A stretch of 64,000 nucleotides of DNA from Nageia nagi (Eukaryota; Plantae; Pinophyta), in contig JBITNC010000001.1 in the NCBI GenBank assembly GCA_050084985.1, positions 48,360,001-48,424,000 of the forward strand, written 5' to 3'. A model generated the notes under the pieces. It was not told the DNA's origin, did not search any database, and saw nothing but the letters and a program-made list of their open reading frames with translations. The position numbers and the translations under genes are program-made. Within the stretch, counting starts at the first letter, position 1. Every line of letters begins with the position of its first letter. Positions 40,301-52,300 of the stretch are shown piece after piece.

Positions 40301-43300
40301 ACAAAATATACTTTCTTTTCAATAAAGCTTTTCATAACATACTATTCAATATTCAAGAACCTATCATTAGCATACTACCCTATGCCAATGAAGACTTCTC
40401 ATCCTTTCTTAAGCATATAACATATATCATTCTTTATGTCTACTCACATAAAATACTTCTAAATTAATATCATATCATTTTCTAAAAGAAAGTACCAATA
40501 TTTAAGTATAAGTTTAATTCCAATTTTATCAAGTTCAATCAACTTGTCTACATCTTAAGCCACATCCAAGGTAACCAAAAATTTCTATAATTACTTCCAT
40601 TATTTCAAAAAGAAAAAGGTCAAACATTCATCCAATGTGAGAAGTCAACACACAATAAAGAAAAAAACATTCATCCAAGATTAAAGTCACCATATTAAAT
40701 AAAGACTTTCGTAAATTTATTTAGTTCTTTCATATAATATTAAAACATCAAAGAAACCATACCAAGTGTATGCACGGAACTCAATCATATACATGATTCT
40801 TAATCCACATTTATTCTTTAAAAAAATACTTATAAGTCTAAATCATTATTCATTAATTCAGAACGCATTATTTATATGTAAATATGACTGTTACTTTAAT
40901 CTCTATCACCTATACTTAACTCTTTCAATGATATTAAGGTTAATTATGTGATTAGGAACACTAGAATATCTTTCTTATAGCTGCAAAATGTGACTTGCAA
41001 CCTGTTAAGAATTTGGGTCATATTTTCTTACCTCTAAGCGGATTCAATTCTAAGATTTGAAATATAGATGTTGTGTGCTAGCCTCATTGAAAGCTTCAAC
41101 TTTGACTCAAAAATTTGAAATTTCTCCATGTACTCTTCCTTTGATAAGTCTTTGATAAAAATGCATGATCTGAACTTTAAAGGGCTCATCCTAGTTGCAA
41201 TTTGCCCTTTGGGTCAAAGCATTTGCAATTTCCTTTTTCTAAACATGCAACATTTTATCAATCTTAGTACTTGTTTGTCATTGGTGGTGTTTTTTCCTTT
41301 AGAGATCAACACACAAGTATCTTAAGATATATCTATCTATCTATTTACGTGCATATGTATGTATGTATGTGTTATATTTGCCAAACTTGATGAGTTGCGT
41401 GTCAAGCAAGGGTTGTCGTGCAACTTGTGCTTTGCTCTCGAGTTTTTCTTTTTCTTTTGGCAATCATGTAATTGCAACTAAATAGATGATTGAATCGTCA
41501 AAAATTTGCTGTGACTCAATAAAAACTCGGCTGTCCCAACAAAACTAGGCATGAGCTTGTTTATTTTGTTTTAATTTTATTTTTTAAAAATAAAATAAAA
41601 AATGTTATAATATTGTTTTTTGGTATTGATAAGATAGGTTTTAAAGGCTCTTCAAACTTGTACAAAATAGGCTAGGATTTTAACTTAGCAACTTGTATAT
41701 GCCAATCAAAACAAAAAGATGCTACTCTTTGGGAAGTCACCATGTAACCAGTGACAGAACAAAACAAATGTAATCTTAAACACTAGGGGTGTTCAAAATC
41801 CCAACAATTACTACAAGCATTGGGCATCATTCTTGAGGAAATCTTGGACTTCTTGAGTGACCATTGCCTTTAATTTCTTGCGAGATTCATTTAGGAATTG
41901 AGTCACTTCATGGGCGAGTAGGTTGAGACAAGCTATCTTATTAACGAGGGTCCTAGAAAGGACATTCAACAACTTTTAATTTATGATTACCTTATTGGTC
42001 GCCTCCTTAGAAACTTCCTTGGGCTGGGTTGCTAACTCCGATCTTCATTTTGTTGGATGGTTTCATCCACCTCTTTCACATCCAGATTGATCTTTTTCTC
42101 CTTTGTGGTGGCTTCATCCTTGTCCAAAGAATCCTCCAAGTCCACGGTAGTGTTTTTCCTCATCGAGCTCTGGAGTTTGGTCGACCTTCTGCTGCACTTT
42201 GCAAGGCTTCTGGGCTAGCACAAGTGATGCACTCTCCACTTTTGCTCTTTCTTCTCCTGATCGAATTTTGTAGTTCTTTACTTCTTGAAGAATTTGGGCC
42301 TTTGCTAGGTTCCCCAAGTTGCTTTGGGCTCACCCCAAGCATGAGTTGTGCCTTCGTCAAGGGTAACCTGCTTCACCTAGCCAACCCCAAAGACTTTCGC
42401 CTCAAACTTCTTCGTTGCATGATTGAACATTAGTTTGAGTAACCCCTGGTTCAAAGGTAGCTTACTTTTCCATGCTTTCACCATTTTGATCGATTTTTGC
42501 TGCGAACTAAAAAGGAACAAGGGGATATTAACCTTTCCATAATTCCAAATAGAGTTAAGATTGGCCACATGATACCTAAAGATACGCCTAAACTTACTTT
42601 CCATTGTTAGGTATCTCATCACCAACATGGTGACCTTGTCCCAAGGTTCGAGAGTGACTCTTGCAAGATCCTTGACTAAAGCTAGCAAAAGGTTTTATTT
42701 TCCTTTAAGAACTTAGCAAGTTGTGCAGCTTGGCTCATCTTCTCTTGGAGGATCACCTCCTCAATGTTTGACAACCCCTGATACTTTTGTAATGAACTTG
42801 GCCAAGATGGTGAAAGAAACATTGTTCACCATTACCTTCCCGTCCTCTCGAACCCTACCACCTAGCTTGATATGTTCTCATCAAAGCCAATGATTTTTTT
42901 GAAGAAGGTCAACAAACCATAATTCTCCATAAGCAGAGCCACCGCTTCATCAACTTTCAACAATGATGACTTAGTTGTAACCGGTTCACTTCTCATTGTG
43001 TTTGATCTGTTCTTCTCAATCACACTACTATCTTTGAAAGTGGAAAGGGGGAAAATGCTGATGCAGGAGATCAGTCTTTAGTGTTTAAGCTTTTCCCTCT
43101 CATGAGTAAACTCTTCCCACATGACAACTAACATAACACCACTAGGCGGATAGTGTTGTGTGTCCAACTAAAATGGTTGATTGCTCTTATCATCCACACA
43201 TTACCACCCTCCAAGTCAATACTATCATTTCTCAAATGCGCTATCAAAGTTGCCATCATTAACTTGCGTGGGGTGTAGAGCCTTTGATCCATAGTGGGAC

Positions 43301-46300
43301 TTGCAACACTTAAAGCCTTGGCAATTGGGACCTTCCCTGCTCGTGGGCTTATTTTTGTCTGTTGGCAAAAATCATTTTAAATTAAAAAAAATATTTTGTT
43401 TATTTTATTTTATTATTTTGTTGATTTGTTTTTTAAATTTAAAAACAATAAAGTCAGATATAATTTTTAAGGAAAAATAAAAATTGAATTTTTTATTTAA
43501 AAAGTTGAAAACAGAATATTAATTTTTTATTTTCTTATTTCATGTTTTAAAACACTTGCATAAATATATGAATTATATATTCTATGTGAGATGATTAAAA
43601 TTTTTTGTTTTCATATGAAAATAATAAATTATGTATATTCTTCGTTCTTCTTTCAAGTCCAAGTGTATATATATATATATATATATAGAAAGAATCTTAG
43701 GTACAATATCTATCTGCAATTCTATAGTTCGGTTTAAAGAAATGAAAGACCCTAGTTACACAACAAAGCAAATCAACTCAACATTGATACCAAATGCTAT
43801 ACTACTCTATAGAAACACATGGAATAACATAAAAAATGAGAATGGGGCACTTGGATGCCCGTAAGAATTGCATGTAACTAAGAGTTAGGGTTTTTTTCCC
43901 TTTTATAGAAGTAAGGTGAGTAATCCCTAATTATTACTTAAGTGCTAGTTATCCTAATGACATAATTAACCAGTAATGAATTTTTAATTAAACATTCATA
44001 AATAATATCTAATATGCCCAACCAAGTATGCTATGTCTTAACTGGATACACAACGGTTAATGCATCTTGGACATTCTGATTATCGTTTCAACATTTTTTT
44101 AATTTTGAAAGTCACATATAACTTAACTTTCTTGTAAAATTCTGACAATTGATTTTATGAAAGTAATTATTTATAGCTTGCAAAAGCGCATGTTACACTT
44201 TACCTTTTTGAATCATATTAACAAATCATTGCTTGATGTTTAAGATATCTCCTTAAATCTTACCTGGCATTTAAGAAATACTGACAATCTATTTTGGAAG
44301 TCTTTCTAAATGTGTGAACATTGAACTGCGTATCTCCATGTCTCATACAAAGTTCATCTGCTTGTAATCTGGATATTGATCATTATCATGTTGGCAGTAA
44401 ATCAAACCATGCAAATCTGTCTTATCGGATGTCTTCAAAGAACATAACTAGACCTCTAATACTAGTGCTACCCCTAAAAACAGTTTTGAGTGGTACTGCT
44501 AAGGAGTCAAAACCTAGCATGCAACAGCTATCTACACGTTATACACAACCTGGATACAATTCACTTGGGATTAGCTAACTAGTACAAGAGTAGGTTTATG
44601 CATTATAATCTACTGTAAAAGATAAGACCTATAATGTCTAAGCTTGTACAGATGCTGAGACTGCTTAATGAGCATGCAAATAGTACTATGTGTTTCTCTC
44701 TATTCCATCTTCTGGGTACGTATTTATATCTGATATTATTTTGATGTTCAATCTTCTTAAACATGTTTTTTGCACCAAAAAAAACAGAACTCTGCATAAT
44801 CAAGTATAAGTTAAGAATTGCAAGCATTCCATTACATATAGGTTATGTAGGTTTGAACTTTGATACCTTGTGTCATTCACATCTATTATGCAGATTTCTA
44901 TTCCCAGCCTTGGGAGGTGTATTATTTGGGTATGACATTGGTGCTACTTCAGGTGCTGTTGTATCTTTAGCGGTACAAAAATCTATAACCTTGTTTATTT
45001 ACATTGTCCAAAATCATGTTCTCTTGGTCATTTCTTGTATTCTAACTATAACTCTAGAAACTTTAATCTAGTTAAATGTAAGAAATCTTGCTAGAGATTC
45101 TCTTTATTTTGCAATTAAAATTCTGATTTAACTACAGAAATTTCAGAACTGAAAATTATGAACAAAATTTCATAGAAAATTCTGAAAATTTCTCAAACAA
45201 CACTCAACAAATTTAAAAAAATTATTCAAAAGTGGAAACAAGGAATATAGCCAAAAGGGCACCAAAACATACATTAAAATATGGATATGAACTTCCTAGA
45301 GTTGGAAGTCCCACCTAGGGCACAAAATGGATCTGAAAATGTTCTCAAACTACCCCCAAAATGGACGATCCTCCTTGACTGATTTCTTAGGTTGAAACTT
45401 GCACAATTTCACTTTTCTTTCTCCAATCTGATGGCTTTAATAAAACTGAAAAACCTTTGAAGCACACTTGTAAACTCTGAATAAGTTTACCACAAGGAAC
45501 TAGAGGCTGGTCACTCCTCAAGTTCTATCTAGAGAGGTTGGCCTTTCTCTTTGGATCGCACTTTTGTAGCCGACCATCTGCAGAAGGAATGATATTGTTG
45601 AAGCAATAATGTCTAGGGTTTCTAAATGGCAAAAAGATCCTTGCAAATGACAAACACCTCCTTCAAATAGACCCACGTTCCACTTTAGGGTTTATGAACA
45701 TTCTTCTAGATCCAACCATCCATATTGCTCCAAGTTGGAGATTAAATCTCCACCCTTATATGCTCATAACATAATTTTTTTTTTAGCACATGTTGAAATA
45801 AAGTACTAATGTTAATGACATATTATAATGTCACTTTATAAAAAAAATAAACATATTACTTAAATACTCTAGCACTTCACTTAAATATCTCTAAAACACT
45901 TCTAGACATACTAGAACACCATTAAACCTCTTCTAACTAGAATATCCACCATAAGGAGCCAAGTTTAGTGTTCCTTGACAACTTTAAGAGGTTATTACAT
46001 CAAAAGTAATTACAAAACACTTACTAAAACACTTTAGAAAATTTTGTGCAATATTTACAAAGCTGTTAAAAAATGGGGACATTACAATACCACCCCTCCC
46101 AAAATTTCAGTCCTCAAGCAATTTAGACTGAACTTGGCAATCCCTTCCACTAAATCAGGTACTTAGAAATAGTCTGACTTGCCAAGTGCTATGTTCAGAA
46201 GATCAGCTGTTATTTCAAACCAATTCTGTCCATTATCCTGCAAACTTCCAATAAAGTATGCCCATGATAAAAGAGCATTGCTACAGAAAAGAAATGGCTT

Positions 46301-49300
46301 GTCTCATTGTCAATTAATCCACAACTATCTTCGAGGCAATGTTTTTGAACAAAATATGTACTCCCATGTCTAGTTGCAAAGTGATTTGATGTTAGAGTTT
46401 GCTCAAACTCCAGGTCCCTCTTGACTGATCTAGTGTCACCTGTAATATAATCAAACTTGTCAACATCTAACCCATTCCGTGCATTTGCTACAATATCAAA
46501 CAAAATATTCTGCTCTTATATATATACTGAAATCATATGAAAGAACAACATGACGAGGATGCAAATTTTTTGTATTATAAGGCACACATTGAATTTGTTG
46601 CCACTGAGACGAGGTCTGCTACTGTTGATCCATCTTCATAGCTGCCCTAGTCTCATTACTAAATATCACACCTGGGTCCCAAGATTTGGAGCGCTTGTTT
46701 CTTTTTTCACAAAGAATATGTTCCGTGTGTTCCTCATGAGTGATTGTCTTGCTACATTCATCACTTACTAATTCATCCTCATTAAAATCATTATGCATGC
46801 CCTTCTCCAAAGGAATCAAACTTAGGGAGTCTAAATAAAAATTTCCAACTTATGCAATGTTTGAACCTCATTATCAATGCTATGAGAAATAAATCGGCGA
46901 TTGTCATAAAAATTAGAATTGGCTTCATACCTGTCAATAGTAACTCCCTTACTGTTTATTTCTTTACCAGTTTTAGTAGTGTCAAGCTTCACAAGTGGGT
47001 TTTCCACATTCACTTCTGCTTCTATCTCAAACAATGAGTTATCTATAAATTGATAATTATTTTCACTTGTTGCTATTACATTTCTACTCTTATCAAAATC
47101 ATAATTTACCTCATTCCTTTCAACTGTGACTTTTTTACCAAAATCTTCAATGCTAGGCACTAGTACAAGACCCTGGTTCAAAAATCTGCAGGTAATCCTC
47201 GGATTCTCGTGAGAAATCATGGATTGGAAGGGTGTCAAGTTATCTAGGGGTGAAATCCAGCTTCCGCGAGTTTGAGACGTTTTCTGGTGAGTAACTCGGG
47301 CAAAAATTGTGACAACTTGGTGGAAATCCGGACGGTGTTGTTCGAGGAGTGGAGTACGACAAGGACGTGATTCGTGGGTGGAAGGCTTTGCGCAATGCCA
47401 TCAAACGCTAGATTCAGATTGGTTACCAAAAGTGCATCCCCTCTTCTCTCATGGATTCGTATGATTGTTATGAAAATGATGTGAGTGACTCGAAACTAAT
47501 GGACGAGACGTGGATCTGATTACAAGTCAAAAAGAACAAAACTAAAGTTCAGCACTGGGTAGGAGAGCATCACAGCTTCCATACACTTTTTTCAATTCGA
47601 CATATTCACGAACCCCACCTCTCATCCACTGCAATTTACCGTGTGGCCAAGCTTTGCTTACTGGTCCAGTTGCCTTAAATAAACCACGTCTTGCCTATGT
47701 GATTGGTGATGATTTGATTATATATTTGATTCTTTATAGATTTTAGATCACTCAATAATCCTACTAGTCCCACCTTCTTCTCGTAAAAAAAGTCTTTATT
47801 TTGACAAACAAAATCTCATATAAAAATGATATTTTAATTACAGATTTTTTATAAATCCCTTTTATATTCGTTCTATTTCACTCCATTTAAAATTTGATAT
47901 ATTATTATTTCACATAAATTTACTTCAACTAGAAAATCACAACTATTTAATGTTGTCCGCTGCTAGTATCTTCCCTTCAAAACATTACACACAGAGAATT
48001 GGACTTCCTTGAAAATATTAAATGTGATCTTTGCTTAATATATTAAAACAAAATTGAATTTTACCAATAAATTTAAAGATAAAATTTAGTTTTACTAATA
48101 GTATATTTAAATACATTATTAAAAAATTAAGAAGATTAGACATATTTTGAAAAGTACTGATAACATATTTTTTTGTTGAGTTTTTCCTGAGTACTGCCCG
48201 AGTTGCCGAGAACTTGCGGAAGTTTTTTTGGCTGAGTAATTCCTGAGTCCAAGTTTTCCAACCTTGTACAAGACTATAGAATTCTGATTTGTCCTCAACA
48301 TTTTCTGTTTTGTATTGTTCATTTGGCTGCTTATTGTCTTCATGACTATCTTCAATTTTGTCTTCAATTCTTCAAAAGAAGTTGATTTAGCTTGAGATTT
48401 CTTTTCTTCATTTGACATAATTAATGAATCATGGTGCCCATGTCCATCATACAAAACTCTAATAGGATTTTCCTTTCCATATTCTTGTCCATACTCTGCA
48501 ATAGATAAAAATTTATTAGATTTTTCCTCATACAAATAAACTATTGTTGGCATTTTTATGGCATGTGTGACCATTAGCAATTCAGGATCTCCACCCCATA
48601 CATGTGGCTTTCTAATCTGGTGAACATAGGCATCAAAGTATCCCATTAAAAACCATTCCATTTCTTTCCTTCTTTTTAGAAATTCATTTGCAACTTTAGC
48701 TCTCAAATCATTAGCGAAGTCTCTCATAGTGCTCTCATTTGGAGAAGTTTCTCCTTTTATTAAACAAACACCGAAAGAAATAGCTCATTATAAACAACTA
48801 CCATCACCTTACATTCCTGTAATCAGAACATAATCTTCAATATCCATTTTTGATTTTTTTGTTCTTTTGTTGCTTCTCATTGCACTTTTCTTGATCTGGT
48901 GTGGAAGTATGAGTTGTTGAATGTCTAGGCCCAGAGCAAGTAAGTTTTTGTGGCTGATCTCTCTTGGCATCAACACTACTGCTTTTCCGTCTCACATTTT
49001 TCGCCAAACTTTTCCAATAGCTATCAAAGGAAACTTGTTTTTGGAAATTTTCTGATTTTGCTTCATGTTCCTCAAATATGACATACACCCCTTCATATTC
49101 CAAAATTAGGGTATCCATTTCCTCAATGGATACATGATTTGGATGTGGATCAAAATATTCAGGAGTAAACCTAAGGATCTCCATGAAAATACAAAAAATA
49201 CTGCAGAAAAGCCTCATAGATCTAGTTTAACTGAAAAATATACCTTGCATGCTTGAGTTTACGCTTGCATGTCACATGCATGGGCTTTTTGGATTGAATC

Positions 49301-52300
49301 TTAGTATACACTTTCCCTTAGGCTGGCAGAAAACTAGCTCTGATACCACTATAAGAAACCTTGCCAAAGATTTTCTTTATTTTGCAATTTAAATTCTTAT
49401 CTAACTATAGAAATTTCATAATTGAAAATTATGTAGAAAATCTCATAGAGAATTCTGAAATTTTCCCAAACAACACTCCACAAATTTTATAAAAATTATT
49501 CGAAAGTGGAAACAAGAAATATATTCAAATGGGTATCCGAAACATACATTAAAATTTGGATATGAACCTCATAGGGTTGGATGTCCCAACTAGGGAACAA
49601 AATGGATATGAAAATGTTCTCAAACTACTCCCAGAGTGGATGATCCTTCTTGACTGATTTCTTAGGTTGAAACTTGCACAATTTCACTTTCCTTTCTCCA
49701 ATCTTATGGTTTTAGTAAAACTAGGGTCTTCACCCTTATATCTGAAATTGAAAAACCCTTGAAGTACACTTGTAAACTCTGAATAAGTTTACCACAAGGA
49801 ACTAGAGGCTAGTCACTCCTCAAGTTCTATCCAGAGAGGTTGGTCTTCCTCTTTGGATCCCACTTTTGTAGCTGACTGTTTGCAAAAGGAATAACATTGC
49901 TAAGCAATAATGTCTAGGGTTTCAAAATGGCAAAAATTTCCTTGCAAATGAAAAATGCCTCCTTCAAATAGACCAACATTCCACTTTAGGGTTTCATGAA
50001 CATTCTTGTAGATCCAACGCTCCATATTGCTACAAATTGGAGATTAAATCTCCACCCTTAAAATGTTCATAACTTAAAAAATGTTTTAGCACATGCTGAA
50101 ATAAAGTACTAATGTTCATGATATATTATAATGTCATTTTATTAAAAAAAACATATCACTTAAATACTTTAGAACTTCACTTAAATACCTCTAAAACACT
50201 TATAGACTTGCTAGAACACAACTAAACCCCCTCTAACTGGAACATCCACCATAAGGAGCCAAGTTTAGTGTTCCTTGACTACTTTAAGAGGTTATTACAT
50301 CAAAAGTAATTACAAAACACTTACTAAAACACTTTAGAAAATTCTGTACAATATTTACAAAGCTTATAAAAAATGCAGACATTACATTAAAACAAACAAA
50401 TACAAATTACATTGTATGATTGCTTTAGCTTGCCTTTTGTAGAGGCTATCAACCCTCTTTTTTAAACCATCATTATTTCCCTGTGAAAACATCATAGCTT
50501 TAGCATTATTGACTGGTGACATACTTGAATTCCAGTAGTTCTCTATTAAGCTATCATCTCTTTAAGGGATGTGAGCCTCATACATAGCCATTTCAAGTTT
50601 TGAACTCTTCATTATTGCATTTGGTTGTGTCTTTCAAGGATTTCATAGAGGTCTATTTGACCCTTGTTACTCTCCAATGATCATTATCAGATCTTGTATG
50701 GACTTGTTTGGGAGTCCATAAGAGGGAAAGAGAGAATGACCCTTGTCCCACATGTTGTACTAGATGCCGCCTACATGACTCTCAGGATCTTTTGAGGACT
50801 CGACAGATCTCATCCTACTTTTCTTCTAGCAATGCTATCACGCTCCGCCCCAGCAAGACCCAAGTGGGTTTGGTTTTTTGACCGCCCCAACGCTTGATAT
50901 ACTCGGATGTGTCTTTGTTTTTTTTTAGGGTTTTGGCACCCCTCTTTGTATTCACTTTGGCTGTAATTGTTTATTTTCCTGCTTTTTTTTCGAGGATAGC
51001 CCCTCTAAGGTCCCCACTTGCTCTTATTTCATGCTTGTATTCTCTAATCCCATTAACTGCTGTTGGTCATCTGCAAACATTAATATGTTTTCTTTCTTTC
51101 TTCAACACTCCAATGTTATTCAAGTTCAGGCACAAATCTTACTCAAGAGAAGAGGAGTTAGTTTCATAATCAGATCATGTATGGGCTTGCTTGGGTTGAT
51201 CGGTGATGAAACTATCTTAAACAAGTAAAGTTGTGAATCTTTGAAGTTCGTGCAATGTTACTCGAACAGTTTCTTTTATATTGTTTTAATTCAGTTCTAT
51301 TTCCCTTTTTACTTTTTTTTGTTTCAGAGCTCCTTTTAGGCTTTTACAATTTATTTTCTCTAAAGAAACATTTTGTCATAGAGACCCATTGACTGACTTT
51401 GATCATTAGTGAATATTAATTAATTTTCTTTCTGTTTTATTTCTTGAAGAGTTTTGGGCTTCATACATAACCTTTTAAAGTTTTGAACTCTTCATTATTG
51501 CTATGGTTTGAGTCAAAGCACTTGGTGATCCACTTTAACTAAAGCCCATGCTAATGGACAAAAATCACAGGGATGTTTTTTCAATATACAAAGACACACC
51601 TTTAAACTAAGCTTATGGTAACTCTTTGTCAATCCAAGTCAAAGTTTTGCTACAGCTTGTTTATTTGGTAGTATGAGCATCTAATGGTAAAATGGGGCAT
51701 TTGTGTTTGTGTATGTTATGGAAGTTTTTGGTGTAGGGGTCAAAAGTTACTTACCATCCTGATTTGCAGTATTCTTGAGATTCAACATGTTTGCCTTTTG
51801 ATGAGCTATTGATTTTACGATATTACAATGATGTGTCTGGAGCTAGTTAAATGGAGAGAACTTTTCCTTGTAAATTTGTGATCTTATCATATAGCAACAC
51901 AATGAAAACTTGATTCCTGGAGGCATTGTTATGTTGTGCATGCTCAAATGCATCCATCTCATCTCTGTCCTTTTTTATTGCATGTCTTAGCTTTGTTGAT
52001 GAAAACAACTAGGCAAGAAGATCAATGAAAAATCAAGCTTGATGGTATTTAAAATCAAATATTGAAAATCATTTGCATTCTTTATATTGTTTAAACTGGA
52101 ATGTGATCTATGAAACCAACTCTTTATTCAGGTACCCTATTTCAAATTTGATTTGTTTTGATTTCAATATATGCTTCGGGTTCTGACAGCTTGTTTTGTA
52201 TGTCACAGTCAGCTGAATTAAGTGGAACAACCTGGTACAATCTGACATCAATTGAAACAGGCCTTGTGGTGAGATTAATGGCTTAAGCATATAGTCATAT

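Larger units (their letters stand above)
45077..50386 (-). mobile_element. Non-autonomous Gypsy/chromovirus-derived LTR element (5.3 kb) carrying OTU and SAMHD1-like cargo
   Basis: TSD TTAAA at 45072-45076 and 50387-50391; LTRs 49350-50386 (5') and 45077-46086 (3'); PBS TGGTATCAGAGC at 49337-49348; PPT GGGAGGGGTGG at ~46090-46100; chromodomain remnant [14 protein letters not shown] at ~46135-46179; no RT, RNase H or integrase core. Confidence 0.95.

Noticed and set aside
39800-40960. Decayed minus-strand coding-like region
   Set aside because: Probably a TE remnant, but no motif could be read with confidence.
48119-48727. Functional 202-aa OTU gene as given in the ORF track
   Set aside because: It starts downstream of the catalytic Cys, which is cut off by three stops, and its C-terminus reads into the hAT insertion.
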